DNA of 64,000 bases from Candidatus Yanofskybacteria bacterium RIFCSPLOWO2_01_FULL_39_28. Lineage in GTDB: Bacteria; Patescibacteriota; Minisyncoccia; 2-02-FULL-40-12; GWA2-44-9. Shown piece by piece: positions 1 to 11,589 of this stretch. Each line of letters starts with the position of its first letter. The stretch's first letter is position 1. The notes below the pieces were generated by a model that was given only the letters and a program-made list of their open reading frames with translations, was not told the origin of the DNA and did no database searches. The stretch lies in the NCBI GenBank assembly GCA_001794635.1, contig MGKE01000014.1:112984-176983 (forward strand). Direction: 5' to 3'. The position numbers and the translations under genes were made by a program.

Positions 1-839
1 CTTACCCACTTCACCGGGATTACCTCTTGAGAGTAAAAACTTAACCCCACCATAAATAATCATTATAACAATCAGTGATCCAGCAATATTAGCCAACCAA
101 TTAATTATAAGAAGTACAGCCTCCAGAACATTTTGAGGGTTGCCAACTAATGGATTAGTAATGCGCCAGCTTAGTGGCTGATCACTACCACCAGTAATCG
201 GAGTAGTACTAGACGACTGTCCGCATCTAGCCCTATCTATCTCCACACAAGTCTTACCAGTGCACGCCGGGGCATCAGCACAAGTGCTTATATTTGACGG
301 GCTACAAGCAAATTTACTGTCATTAGCAACACATCCATATATCATTTGAGTTCCGCCACCAGTCGATCCACCACTAACAGTAACTGGAACATCACTAGAC
401 GTTGATATTATAGAAGGTATGGCTACACCACAATATATTTTGGCCGAAAATGTCCAATTTATTCCAGTAGGAACAGAGAAGAGTGGCTTGGGAAATGACA
501 GGTCTTTAGAAACGTTGTCAATAAATGAATTAAGTGGAACTTCTCCGCTTTGAAATGCACCGAAAGGACCATTTCCAATCTTTCGGCTAATGACCCACCT
601 AAGATTATTCTCAATCGGCCCACAGTCTCTATTAGAAAGGGTCACTCTGAAAATAAATTGGGCCGTCTGACCACCCTGAATAGTTCTTGGTTGAACATCA
701 AAATAAATAGTTCCCTCTGCTGCTTGAGCATTTTCATAGTTTAAAATAAAACCGACAATAAACAGAGTTAATACGACAAAAATAGCCAAGCCAAGATACT
801 TGCCACCAAGATTATTAATTTTGGCTAGGGGGTAGTTCA

Positions 840-840
<1 letters not shown>
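1..840 (-). CDS. secreted/membrane protein with T4SS-pilin-like C-terminal region (C-terminus runs off the window start)
   Basis: ATG at 840-838 (complement) overlaps the TAA of the upstream ORF (TAATG). My translation starts MNYPLAKINNLGGKYLGLAIFVVLTLFIVGF (TM/signal). It ends ...LEAVLLIINWLANIAGSLIVIMIIYGGVKFLLSRGNPGE, the same layout as the pilin-like ORF at 1676-2107. Absent from the ORF track because it is open at the window edge. Confidence 0.6.
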
Positions 841-1628
<788 letters not shown>

Positions 1629-1675
1629 TTTAATTTTTTACTTTACTAATATTATATCACAAAATTAATAGCATC

Positions 1676-2107
<432 letters not shown>

Positions 2108-2129
2108 TTTGACTTTTAAACTTTAACTT

Positions 2130-3458
2130 CTATCGGCTCATTAATGTTGTTACTTTTGCTTCAGCTGATTGAAGCGCGTCTCTAATTTTAAATTTCTTTA
2201 CATTAACATCCTCAATCATATCGGCAAAAATCTGGTCAATAGAATCGTTATCGGCCTGATACCAAGAGCGGGCTGATAAGGCCTGGACGGCAAAAACTCC
2301 TAACATTGGATCATTTCTTTGAAACTCTATCAAATCTCTTCTGGCTGATGGCCGTGAAGTTTTGGTTAAATAGGCCAAGGTCCCATCTTTTGAAGCCATA
2401 TAGCTTAAAAATCTCCAGGCCACACCTTGATTTTTTGATTGAGCTGAAACAGCCACGGCTAGAAAGTTTGCGTAATTCTTAGCATCTATTTCAGAAAATT
2501 GCGGCAAAGGAGCTATGCCAAAATTAAGTCTTTGATACCTCGCGCTAAGAGTTGGTATCTGATGGGAGTAATTAATCATCATTGCCGTATTACCTTCAAC
2601 AAAAGCATCTATTGAATAATGTTGTTCGTCATTCCATGAATAAACTGTTTTGGCCGGATTAGCAAAGTCGGTATAATACTGAAGAGCATTTTCTCCAGTC
2701 CTCTGACCGCTTACGTTCCTAGTAAAAGTTGCGGCAGTGTTGCCAGCATCCGTCATTTGAGTCCCGTTTTGAATCATCAAGGCAGCCAGGATATCGGTTG
2801 AACGATTTATGTTCCTAGCCGTCCCCATAGCTGCTCCTGATTGAGTAATATTACCCCTACCATCAAACTTAGTTAGTAATTCCGCATCTTGATTAAATTC
2901 TTCCCAGTTTTTTGGAGGACGAGTAATACCGGCTGTATTTAGCATGTCTTTATTATAAAAAATTGCCAAAGTATCAACATAAAGAGGCAAAGCATAAATT
3001 TTATTTTCAAAAACAAGATCCTTATAAGCAACGTCTACGAACTGACTCTGAAACTCAACTGGAGTCATGAATTTATAATCCTCTTTGCTTGATATCGTAG
3101 GCATTGGAGCCAATTTATCTCGATGTTTAGCCATCCAAGTGTGATGGATCATGAAAACATCCGGACCCGTCCCAGCGGCAAGAGAGTTAACCAACTCACG
3201 CTCATAGTCCTCAAAGGGAATTTGTTTATAATTAATTCTGACCCCTGGTTCTATTTGTCGGAACCCGTTTATAACATCCACCAAATCCTGCCTAGAGTCA
3301 AAGACGCCCCAAAACTCTAAGGTTGCCTGTTCTTGTTCGCCGCCTATATTACCGACTCTAAACACAATTAAAGCAACCAACGCGATAACAATAATTACCA
3401 CTAGCCCAGTCAGTAGGTAAAAAACCTTATTTGATCCAAATAGTCCAGTTAATGTCAT
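2130..3458 (-). CDS. extracellular solute-binding protein (ABC transporter family-1 type), membrane-anchored
   Basis: 442 aa. N-terminal TM, then LEFWGVFD...GTGPDVFMIHHTWM...YALPLYVDTLAIFYNKDML, typical of sugar-type SBPs. Confidence 0.7.
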   Translation of the reverse strand: MTLTGLFGSNKVFYLLTGLVVIIVIALVALIVFRVGNIGGEQEQATLEFWGVFDSRQDLVDVINGFRQIEPGVRINYKQIPFEDYERELVNSLAAGTGPDVFMIHHTWMAKHRDKLAPMPTISSKEDYKFMTPVEFQSQFVDVAYKDLVFENKIYALPLYVDTLAIFYNKDMLNTAGITRPPKNWEEFNQDAELLTKFDGRGNITQSGAAMGTARNINRSTDILAALMIQNGTQMTDAGNTAATFTRNVSGQRTGENALQYYTDFANPAKTVYSWNDEQHYSIDAFVEGNTAMMINYSHQIPTLSARYQRLNFGIAPLPQFSEIDAKNYANFLAVAVSAQSKNQGVAWRFLSYMASKDGTLAYLTKTSRPSARRDLIEFQRNDPMLGVFAVQALSARSWYQADNDSIDQIFADMIEDVNVKKFKIRDALQSAEAKVTTLMSR

Positions 3459-4039
3459 GATTTGCTGAAAGTTAAGCCAAAATGAAATTGACCAGCATCA
3501 ATTGGATATTCGGAGACAAAACCTTTATTTTTAACTAATTCTTCTATTTCAACAGGGTCTAATCTTTTTTCGTCAGGCGGACCAAACCCACCCGCTCCTT
3601 TTTTCCAGTCTATAAAAATTAATTTGCCCCCGCTTTTCAAAACTCGTTTGGCTTCATCTAAAATATTGTCTCTTTTATTTGACTGAAAAAGTATGTTTAC
3701 CAAAAGAACTATATCTTGAGATTCGCTGGCTAATCCAGAGCTGCCAATCATTTCGAGATTAGCCCTGATGGTTTCTATATTATTTAATCCATTAACCCTG
3801 GCCTTGGCTCTGACACTGTCCAGAGCGCTTTCCACCACATCAAGTCCATAGACTCTCCCTGATGGGCCAGTTCTTTGAGCAATAGAGATAGTGAAGTATC
3901 CTGCCCCACAACCAAAATCAGCTATTTTCATACCTTGAATAATTCCAAAAGTGTCCGCCACTTTGTCAGGATTCATAAAACCGCCAGTCCCAGCAGGTTT
4001 TGCTGGAAAAGTTATCGGCATAGCCATAACATAACTCAC
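3455..4039 (-). CDS. class I SAM-dependent methyltransferase
   Basis: 194 aa. Motif I IADFGCGAGYFT. 4-nt overlap with the downstream gene. Confidence 0.75.
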   Translation of the reverse strand: MSYVMAMPITFPAKPAGTGGFMNPDKVADTFGIIQGMKIADFGCGAGYFTISIAQRTGPSGRVYGLDVVESALDSVRAKARVNGLNNIETIRANLEMIGSSGLASESQDIVLLVNILFQSNKRDNILDEAKRVLKSGGKLIFIDWKKGAGGFGPPDEKRLDPVEIEELVKNKGFVSEYPIDAGQFHFGLTFSKS

Positions 4040-4098
4040 TTTTTAATTCTACCACAAAAGAAAACGGAGTTATCTACAAACAGCCATCAAGTTATAAA

Positions 4099-6540
4099 CT
4101 AGACTACGACGACCAAAGCCAACCCGTCACTGGAGTCAACTCTCATTATTCTGACTCCTTGAGTTGCCCGACCAAGAACAGAAATACTCCCAATATCAGT
4201 CCTGATAACTTGGCCCTTACGGGACACGGCCACAAGTTCTTTGTTTTCTTCGGAAGTAATATGAGCTGAAACGGCTTTGCCTGTTTTTGGAGTAATTTTT
4301 GCAGTCATAATTCCACGACCGCCACGATTCTGAACTTTATAAGCTTTGAGGTCGGTTCGTTTGCCATAACCATTAGCCATCACCACAAGAATATGCAATC
4401 CTTTTTCAATTCCCGAGGGCGCAACATCAGCTCCAATAACTTTTTCATCTTTTTCTATTCTTATTCCTATAACTCCCGAGGCCGCGCGCCCCATTGGCCT
4501 AACATCCTTCTCTTTGAATCTAATAGCATTGCCACCAGAAGTAACAAGAACTATCTGATCATTGCCCGACGTTGTAAATACCCAGCCTAATTCATCATCG
4601 CCTTTTAATTTAATGGCTACCATGCCACTTTTTCTAACCTGCGCAAAAGCATCCATGTCTATTTTTTTAACAACACCCCTAACTGTAATCATAAACAAAT
4701 AGTCGCCCTTGCTGTCTTTTGGAATTGGAACAACGGCAGTAATAATATCTGTCGGAGAAACCTGAAGAAAATTAACAATAGCTTTGCCTTTGGATTGGCG
4801 CGAGGTCTCCGGAACTTCATAACCCTTAGTTTGAAAAACTTTACCTGAATTAGTAAAGAATAGTAGGTTGTCGTGTGTGTTGGCCATGAAAAACTGGGAA
4901 ACCACATCTTCTTCTTTGGTTGCTATACCAACCGAGCCCTTCCCACCTCTTTTTTGGGATCTTATATCTTCCGGTGCCATTCTTTTTATATATCCTCCTC
5001 GGGTGAGCATAAACAAAGAATCTTCTTCTGGAACAAGCTCTTCTTCTCCAATTTCTTTCAAAGCTGACTTAACAACTTTGGTTTTGCGCTCATCTCCGTA
5101 TTTTTCCTTAACTTCTTTTAATTCTTCCTTTATCACGGCCAGAATCTTCTTGGGGCTGGCCAAAAGGTCTTCCAAAAAAGCAATCAGGTCTTTTTTCTCT
5201 TTAAGTTCGTCGTTAATTTTTTTTCTTTCAAGTCCGGCCAAGGCTTGAAGTTTCATTTCCAAAATAGCTGTGGCTTGTTTGTCAGAGAATTTGAATTTTT
5301 TAATTAAATTATTAAAAGCGTCGTCTTTTGAATCAGAGGCTCTGATTATTTTGATAATTTCATCAATATGATCCAAGGCCTTTTTAAGACCTTCAAGAAT
5401 ATGGGCCCGGTCTTTGGCTTTTTGAAGTTCAAACTTTGATCGACGAGTAATTACTTCTTGGCGATGTTCAATGAATTTTTCCAGAAGTTGTTTAAGTCCC
5501 AAAATTTGCGGCTGAATTCCATCCACCAGACCCAACATGTTGAAATGGAAAGATTTCTGAAGTTCAGTATATTTGTAGAGTTGGTTAAGAACTTTGCGAG
5601 GAAAAGCGTCTTGTTTAAGGTCAATGGCAATTCTCAAACCATCCTTGTCTGACTCGTCACGAATGTCTTTAATACCTTCTATTTTTTTATCTTTAACCAA
5701 TTCGGCCATATGGATAATGAGTTCGGCTTTGTTAACTTGATAAGGTATTTCGGTGACAATTATTTGAAACCCCTTCTTTCCTTCTACAATATCGGCTACT
5801 CCCCGCATTATGACCGGACCACGGCCGGTCGCATAAGCATTGAGTATTTCTTTTTCATTATATATTGTCCCGCCAGTAGGAAAATCAGGCCCTTTTATAA
5901 ATTGCATTAATTCATTGACATCTGCGTCTTTGTTTTCAATTAAATACATGGAGGCGTCCAAAACTTCAGTTAGGTTGTGAGGTGGGATATTGGTCGCCAT
6001 ACCAACGGCAATACCCATTGAGCCATTAATAAGCAGGTTGGGTATTTTGGACGGCAAAACCATTGGTTCCTTGGTAGAACCGTCAAAATTTGGAGCAAAA
6101 TTAACTGTATCTTTATCAATATCGGCCAAGAGTGGTTCGGCTATTGGCGCAAGCCGTGCCTCTGTATATCTGTAAGCTGCTGCCGAATCACCATCGATTG
6201 ATCCAAAATTTCCTTGACCATCAACCAAAGGATATCGCAATGAGAAATCTTGAGCCATACGAACCATAGAGTCGTAGGCAGCCGAGTCGCCATGAGGATG
6301 ATACTGACCCAATACATAACCGACGACCTTAGCTGATTTCTGATATTTAGCTCCCGGCCTTAATCCCATTTCGTGCATTGAATAAAGAATCCTCCGATGA
6401 ACCGGTTTTAATCCATCGCGGACATCAGGTAAAGCACGGGCAACAATAACGCTCATAGCGTATTCCAGATAAGACTTGCGCATTTCCTGGGTTATCTCCC
6501 TTTTTTGGATATGATCTTTTTTTGTTTGGTTATCAGTCAT
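4099..6540 (-). CDS. gyrA: DNA gyrase subunit A
   Basis: 813 aa. [20 protein letters not shown], the active-site region [10 protein letters not shown], and C-terminal beta-pinwheel repeats. Confidence 0.97.
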   Translation of the reverse strand: MTDNQTKKDHIQKREITQEMRKSYLEYAMSVIVARALPDVRDGLKPVHRRILYSMHEMGLRPGAKYQKSAKVVGYVLGQYHPHGDSAAYDSMVRMAQDFSLRYPLVDGQGNFGSIDGDSAAAYRYTEARLAPIAEPLLADIDKDTVNFAPNFDGSTKEPMVLPSKIPNLLINGSMGIAVGMATNIPPHNLTEVLDASMYLIENKDADVNELMQFIKGPDFPTGGTIYNEKEILNAYATGRGPVIMRGVADIVEGKKGFQIIVTEIPYQVNKAELIIHMAELVKDKKIEGIKDIRDESDKDGLRIAIDLKQDAFPRKVLNQLYKYTELQKSFHFNMLGLVDGIQPQILGLKQLLEKFIEHRQEVITRRSKFELQKAKDRAHILEGLKKALDHIDEIIKIIRASDSKDDAFNNLIKKFKFSDKQATAILEMKLQALAGLERKKINDELKEKKDLIAFLEDLLASPKKILAVIKEELKEVKEKYGDERKTKVVKSALKEIGEEELVPEEDSLFMLTRGGYIKRMAPEDIRSQKRGGKGSVGIATKEEDVVSQFFMANTHDNLLFFTNSGKVFQTKGYEVPETSRQSKGKAIVNFLQVSPTDIITAVVPIPKDSKGDYLFMITVRGVVKKIDMDAFAQVRKSGMVAIKLKGDDELGWVFTTSGNDQIVLVTSGGNAIRFKEKDVRPMGRAASGVIGIRIEKDEKVIGADVAPSGIEKGLHILVVMANGYGKRTDLKAYKVQNRGGRGIMTAKITPKTGKAVSAHITSEENKELVAVSRKGQVIRTDIGSISVLGRATQGVRIMRVDSSDGLALVVVV

Positions 6541-6548
6541 AAATAAAA

Positions 6549-6639
6549 TACTACTAATTACAAATCTATCTAATGTACGAATCTACAAATAAGATATTGG
6601 TAGATTAGTATATTCGTAAAAAATTCGTAATTAGTAGTA
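6549..6639. repeat. TACGAAT/TACAAAT hairpin repeat, copy H1
   Basis: tactactaattacaaat...tacgaatctacaaata / tattggtagattagta...attcgtaattagtagta form an imperfect ~40-bp inverted repeat. It lies between ORF 6642-6992 and the gyrA start. Confidence 0.85.
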
Positions 6640-6641
6640 GT

Positions 6642-6992
6642 CTATTTGTCTTCCGAAATCGGCAACTTATAGGCTTTTCCGCTTAAATCACTTTCTATAT
6701 TAATCACCCCTTTGGAACTATAATCATCAATAAAACCAAGGGTGCTATATATTGCCGCTCTCAACTCACCCATTGCTTTTGTCAGGTTGGCATAAATTGG
6801 TGCATTTTTTTCTCTTTCGGCGTAAAACTTAGCCTGAATGTTTTCATCTGTATTCAACATTACGAAAACATTTTCTTCAAAAGATCTAAACCAAATCATA
6901 CCGATAAAAAACACAGTGATAATTACACACAAACCAAACATTATTTCTCTAACGTGACGCGGTTGTTTGCGGATGTCGTTAAGTAAACTCAT
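6642..6992 (-). CDS. hypothetical membrane-anchored protein
   Basis: 116 aa with one N-terminal TM (IMFGLCVIITVFFIGMIWF). Overlaps the upstream gene by 4 nt. Confidence 0.5.
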   Translation of the reverse strand: MSLLNDIRKQPRHVREIMFGLCVIITVFFIGMIWFRSFEENVFVMLNTDENIQAKFYAEREKNAPIYANLTKAMGELRAAIYSTLGFIDDYSSKGVINIESDLSGKAYKLPISEDK

Positions 6993-7621
6993 TGGAACAA
7001 AATTAGTTTAGTTTCCTCTGCTGGTAATGTTTTCTTGTTTATCTTAAGTTTATCAGTTTTTTCAGGGGTTAGTCCAATTTCTTTCAGAAACTTCTCCGGC
7101 CCTTCTAAGTTAATATTGAGATCTTTAATCTTATAGTGCATGGGGATTACGATTTTGGGTTCTATTTGACTGATTACATTGATCGCTTCTTTATAATCAA
7201 TCGTATAAACACCTCCGACTGGAATCATCAAAATGTCTATATCTCCTATATCCTCCAACTGATGCTCTTCAAATTTATCCTGTCCAAAATCACCCAGATG
7301 ACAAACGATCATGTCTTCTACTTTAATTATATAAATTGTGTTAAGGCCCCTTTCTTTTCCACCGGATTTATCGTGAAAAGACTGAATGCCTCTGACTGAT
7401 ATGCCTTGTTTTTCATACTCTCCGGGACCATCAATCAGAAACGCTTCCGGATTTATTTCACCGACATTAGCGTGATCGTAATGATGGTGGCTCACCAAGA
7501 CAAGGTTGTCTTTAATTTTGGGCGGTTTTAAACCTATATCTTTTGAAAACGGATCAATCAAAATACTTCCCTCTTTAGCTTCAATCCTGAAACAGCTTTG
7601 CCCAAACCACGTAATAGTCAT
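6989..7621 (-). CDS. MBL-fold metal-dependent hydrolase (UPF0173-like)
   Basis: 210 aa. LVSHHHYDH metal-binding motif, and ITWFGQSCF at the N-terminus. Confidence 0.8.
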   Translation of the reverse strand: MTITWFGQSCFRIEAKEGSILIDPFSKDIGLKPPKIKDNLVLVSHHHYDHANVGEINPEAFLIDGPGEYEKQGISVRGIQSFHDKSGGKERGLNTIYIIKVEDMIVCHLGDFGQDKFEEHQLEDIGDIDILMIPVGGVYTIDYKEAINVISQIEPKIVIPMHYKIKDLNINLEGPEKFLKEIGLTPEKTDKLKINKKTLPAEETKLILFQ

Positions 7622-7736
7622 GATTAAATAATAACAAAAAAATCTAGTCTAAGCAACAAAAAACAAAAAACTTTACTGCTAATTGTCATCTAGCCAGCAG
7701 GGCAGGTATTTTTCGGACATGTTTTTATAAATTGCT

Positions 7737-7847
7737 ATCGGCAGAGTAAGCATTTTTTCGGGCACGGCGTAAATTCTTGCTAGAATTTCGCCTTTTACTC
7801 AGCTCGTCAGCTTCCGTAAATCCCTTAAAAATACTTACTCTGCCGAT
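7737..7847 (+). repeat. three-way-junction intergenic element, copy A
   Basis: The outer stem atcggcagagtaagcatttttt / aaaaatacttactctgccgat encloses the core ttcgggcac-ggcgtaaattcttgctagaatttcgcc-ttttactc-agctcgtcagct-tccgtaaatccct. Confidence 0.85.
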
Positions 7848-7880
7848 ATATAAGGTAATCCTTTTGTAAAAGTGAGCGAA

Positions 7881-7978
7881 ACCTTGGCCTTATTTGGGGA
7901 TTTGCGCAGGCTGGCTGAGCCGAGCAAAAGACAAAAAGTCAGCAGACTTTTATGGCGTGCCCCAAATAAGGATAAGGT
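7881..7978 (-). repeat. three-way-junction intergenic element, copy B (diverged); a further fragment lies at 7989-8010
   Basis: The outer stem accttggccttatttgggg / ccccaaataaggataaggt encloses gggatttgcgca-ggctggctgagcc-gagcaaaagac-aaaaagtcagcagactttt-atggcgtgcccc. The architecture matches the other copies, but the stem sequences differ. Confidence 0.7.
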
Positions 7979-8069
7979 GAAGCGATATATTTACATCGTG
8001 CCCGAAAAAGATTTGTCTCTGGTTATTTTCTTGCATTTAACTTGGTTATCCAGTATACTTCTAACCACT

Positions 8070-9167
8070 ATGCAAACGATTACTATGGACAATTCACAAA
8101 TAAAGTCAATGAAAGATCTCTTGGCCAAAGAGGATTTTGGTTTGCCAAAAGCTGGCCAACTGCTTCAAGGAGAAATAATCAATATTTCAAAGTCAAATGT
8201 TTTTATTGACCTTGGTCCCATAGGTATCGGCATTGTCTACCCTGGCCAGTTTTATGATAATCCTGACCGAATGAAGGGTCTCAAAAAAGGAGGTCATGTC
8301 TCCGTTATGCTTATTGAACTTGAAAATGATGAGGGTTACCGAGAATTATCTCTAAAAGCCGCTCAACTCACTACTGCTTGGGAAGATATCCGCGAGAAAA
8401 TGGAAAAAGGAGAACTTGTAAATACTACTATTGTAAATATAAACAAGGGTGGATTAATTGTTGAGTTAAGCGGTATTCAGGGTTTTCTTCCATTATCCCA
8501 GCTCTCCGGAGAACATTATCCAAAAGTTGAGGGCGGAGATACAACTAAAATCGTCCAGGCTCTTCAGAAATTCAAAGGTCAGGAGTTTAAGGTCAAGATA
8601 ATTGATTTTAATGAAGCAGAAAACAAACTCATTGTTTCAGAAAGAGCTATTAAGGAAGAGGCGGCCAAAGAAGAATTAGCTAAATTAACCGTCGGCCAAA
8701 TAATTGACGGTGAGATCACCGAAGTTACCGACTTTGGAGCTTTTGTTAGATTAAGCGATACTTTAGATGCTTTAATCCATTCATCCGAAATAGATTGGAA
8801 ATTTGTAGATAACCCGAAAGACATATTAAAAGCCGGCGAAAAAATAAAAGCTAAGATTATAAACTTAGATATGGCTACGGGTCGAGTTTTCCTTTCATTA
8901 AAAGCCCTCAAGGACGACCCTTGGTTAAAAATTGATGACAAATATCAAGCTGGTCAGAAAATAAAAGGCAAGGTTATAAAAATTCGCCAGAATGGAGCAT
9001 TCATTGAATTACCAGGCAACATAATTGGCCTTCTCCCTGCTTCTGAACTCGGTGATAAGTCTCCGGCCGAAATTCTTGAACAAGGCAAAGAGTATGATAT
9101 GGCCATCGTCTCAATAGACGCCAAGGACCACAAACTCTCATTGACTTTGGAAAAAACAACCGAATAA
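8070..9167 (+). CDS. 30S ribosomal protein S1-like protein (four S1 domains)
   Basis: I move the start to ATG 8070 (MQTITMDNSQ) because 7872-8069 of the tracked ORF translates the repeat elements. Four G-x-V/I...GAFV/GLIVEL S1 motifs are present. Confidence 0.8.
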   Translation: MQTITMDNSQIKSMKDLLAKEDFGLPKAGQLLQGEIINISKSNVFIDLGPIGIGIVYPGQFYDNPDRMKGLKKGGHVSVMLIELENDEGYRELSLKAAQLTTAWEDIREKMEKGELVNTTIVNINKGGLIVELSGIQGFLPLSQLSGEHYPKVEGGDTTKIVQALQKFKGQEFKVKIIDFNEAENKLIVSERAIKEEAAKEELAKLTVGQIIDGEITEVTDFGAFVRLSDTLDALIHSSEIDWKFVDNPKDILKAGEKIKAKIINLDMATGRVFLSLKALKDDPWLKIDDKYQAGQKIKGKVIKIRQNGAFIELPGNIIGLLPASELGDKSPAEILEQGKEYDMAIVSIDAKDHKLSLTLEKTTE

Positions 9168-9194
9168 ATTACTCAAAATTAAAAAGCCGGATGC

Positions 9195-10268
9195 TTAGTG
9201 CACCGGCTTATAATCTACCACGCGCTGGTCCTCGGAAAGGTCAAGAAACTCTTCCAACCAGGCAGCGTATTCTCGATCTTCTTGATTTCTCAACTCTTCA
9301 ACACTCGGAATGCCATCAGAGTCTTCAGAGTCTTCAATCTCTTCGGTTACCAGTAAGACTTCTTCCGATTCAACTGTCTCGGGTGTCCCCAACTCCACTT
9401 CTTCTCTCCTTAAAGCGTCATCGAGTTTTCTTCCCAAAAATTTAATCCAAAAATCTCTATCAACATATTCCATTTTTTGCGATACCGAAATATCAAAAAC
9501 ATCATACCATTCCGTAGGAGACGGTCTATATCCTCCGACCGGAAACCTTGGGTCACCGTTGCCAACTGAAAATATGCTCCACCACGAAGAATGAATTTTG
9601 TCGCGAATATCAGGGAGATACGGATCCATGGATCTTAAATGCCTGTAGAGCCTCAGAGTTGAAGCAAGCGTAGATCTGACATGAGACCAATAGGGCCGAT
9701 CGGGGTGAGTAAATCGATTAAAAAACTGCTTCGGCAAGGAAACCGCCAGGTCAAACCAGTCGCTTTTATCAACTTCGTGTTTTTCAATATGAAGATCGGG
9801 ATAAGAGATGAATGAGGTCATCTGTCCCCAGAGTGTTATTTTTCTATGTCCCCCTGGACAAATAATTCCTCTCTTGTTAACACGATCTTTGTATTTGTAA
9901 TCAAACAAAAAAACTCCTGGATAGTTGGTAATTATCTCAATGTCCCGATAACCAGTTTCACAAACAAATTCTCTTATTCCACCGGCAATGATCAACTTTT
10001 GAGTCTCGCTTAGTGAACGATCGGCAAGAATTGGATGATCGGGGCCATAAAGTTCTACTAATCTTTCTCGATCGTCTGCTTCAAGCCCACCGCCACCATT
10101 GCCCCAGCCGGCTTTTTTGGATTCATTATCGTAATACTCAAGATTAGGACTTTCCTGTTCTTCAAGGTTGTGAGCCCACCTAAACATAGTTGGGATATGA
10201 GGATGTCGAGCTAAAACTTGAACGGTTATACCTTTATTGTTGGGATCAACCCAGGATGGCAAGGCCAT
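9195..10268 (-). CDS. island gene 1: hypothetical protein with acidic C-terminal tail
   Basis: 357 aa, no motif I recognise. SD GGAG lies upstream. GC is visibly higher than in the flanks. Confidence 0.6.
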   Translation of the reverse strand: MALPSWVDPNNKGITVQVLARHPHIPTMFRWAHNLEEQESPNLEYYDNESKKAGWGNGGGGLEADDRERLVELYGPDHPILADRSLSETQKLIIAGGIREFVCETGYRDIEIITNYPGVFLFDYKYKDRVNKRGIICPGGHRKITLWGQMTSFISYPDLHIEKHEVDKSDWFDLAVSLPKQFFNRFTHPDRPYWSHVRSTLASTLRLYRHLRSMDPYLPDIRDKIHSSWWSIFSVGNGDPRFPVGGYRPSPTEWYDVFDISVSQKMEYVDRDFWIKFLGRKLDDALRREEVELGTPETVESEEVLLVTEEIEDSEDSDGIPSVEELRNQEDREYAAWLEEFLDLSEDQRVVDYKPVH

Positions 10269-10294
10269 GACAAAGAACTCCTTTCTTGGCTATA

Positions 10295-10323
10295 AGTATA
10301 TATTGAAAATAATATTTAGTCAA
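10295..10323 (-). promoter_or_regulatory. sigma70-like promoter for island gene 1
   Basis: The minus strand reads TTGACT-17 nt-TATACT, followed by GGAG and the ATG at 10268. Confidence 0.5.
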
Positions 10324-10330
10324 GTCAACC

Positions 10331-10364
10331 AAAAAAATTAAAACCCCGTCCTTTTGAGACGGGG
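10331..10364 (-). terminator. rho-independent terminator after island gene 2
   Basis: The minus strand reads ccccgtc-tcaaaag-gacgggg followed by ttttaattttttt. Confidence 0.7.
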
Positions 10365-10374
10365 TGGAACAAAT

Positions 10375-11295
10375 CTATCTTAGACTAACAGCTCTTTGAA
10401 TCATCTTCTCCACACTTCGGCGAAGATTATAATCCCGACGGACATGGGCAATTGTCCCATAGGCCGTTCGGAGTTTGCTTGAATAAGCCATCCAGCGACC
10501 ATATCCATTGCTAATCACGTAGCCAGGAACATGACGCTCGTGTGAAAGACGCAAGGTAATAGAAGATGCAATTACTAAATAGCGCCGGAATAATTCAAAC
10601 TCTTTCTCAATAGTCATATCGTTCTGCAACAACTCTTCATCCAATGATTTAGCCAATTCACTTACAACATCAAGAAAACCATACAAGTAAGCCTGGGTGT
10701 TGCCTTGGAAATTTTTCCAAGAGACTACCGCCGGTACCTGGTCAGTTCTTCCAACAATCACTGGCCAAATCTTGCCGAACAAGTTGGCTTCAAACGCTTC
10801 TTGCCAGATCGTCCGGCTGAAACGGTTACCAGTCTCGGCAATTTCACCGTTAACCGAGGCTTCATTGAGACCTAACGAAAGTCGCTCCATGTCATTTTCA
10901 AGAAAAGCCATTTCTTCTTCAGAATTTGCATCGCCCATCTGCGCTTCATTAATATAAGCCTTGCTCAAATCACTCATCAGGTTCTGGGATGAATAACCTA
11001 CTGTGCCATAATTTCTCCGCAGGCGGTCAAGGTGTTCATGCAAACCGTTCATGGCTTCATCCATTTTTTCATACATATGAAAGTCACCAACTGGATCAGG
11101 AATAACAACCCTCGGTTTTTTGATTCTGCGCAGAAATTCGTCAGCTCTTACATCTCTGGTATCTCTCTGTCTTTCTGCTGTTTGTTCTTTCGGGACTGAA
11201 TTAAGTGCCAAGAGATAACCTTCATCAAGTTGCCTTTTTCTGTCTTTGATTTCAGACAAAAAATCACCGGGTGGCACGCTCTGCCTTTCTTCCAT
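10375..11295 (-). CDS. island gene 2: hypothetical protein, possible translin/TRAX-like helical nuclease fold
   Basis: 306 aa. AYLYGFLDVVSELAKSL resembles the translin/TRAX DYLxGxxDxxGELxR helix, and QEAFEAN gives ExxE upstream. This is a recollection-based similarity only. Confidence 0.55.
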   Translation of the reverse strand: MEERQSVPPGDFLSEIKDRKRQLDEGYLLALNSVPKEQTAERQRDTRDVRADEFLRRIKKPRVVIPDPVGDFHMYEKMDEAMNGLHEHLDRLRRNYGTVGYSSQNLMSDLSKAYINEAQMGDANSEEEMAFLENDMERLSLGLNEASVNGEIAETGNRFSRTIWQEAFEANLFGKIWPVIVGRTDQVPAVVSWKNFQGNTQAYLYGFLDVVSELAKSLDEELLQNDMTIEKEFELFRRYLVIASSITLRLSHERHVPGYVISNGYGRWMAYSSKLRTAYGTIAHVRRDYNLRRSVEKMIQRAVSLR

Positions 11296-11452
11296 TGTCT
11301 GTCTCTCTCCTACCTTCCCGTACTTGTTAAATAGCTGTTAGGCAACAGCTGCTTAGGTTTTTATCGGGTTAAAACCTAAAAAGCTATCGCCTAAAAATAT
11401 AGTTATAAAATACACCATTTCACAAACCTTGTCAATAATTTGAGGGTTGGGG

Positions 11453-11481
11453 TTGACAAAATCAGTGTTTCTTGCTACAAT
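11453..11481 (+). promoter_or_regulatory. near-consensus sigma70 promoter for island gene 3
   Basis: TTGACA (11453-11458), a 17-nt spacer, then TGcTACAAT (-10 at 11476-11481). The -35 is the right half of the inverted repeat TTGTCAA(11429-11435)-N17-TTGACAA(11453-11459). Confidence 0.6.
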
Positions 11482-11589
11482 GTATCCATACGGTGCAGTC
11501 CCGCACCTTGACAACGACAATCACCGATTTGGCTATGAGTTTGAAGGTTTTACCCGATACTCATCCAAGTCAAAACAGGAGAAAAACAG

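Noticed and set aside
7872-8069. N-terminal 66-aa extension of the S1-like ORF (tracked start 7872).
   Set aside because: This stretch is the three-way-junction element copy B plus a fragment, so the extension is a translation of the repeat. The start was moved to ATG 8070.
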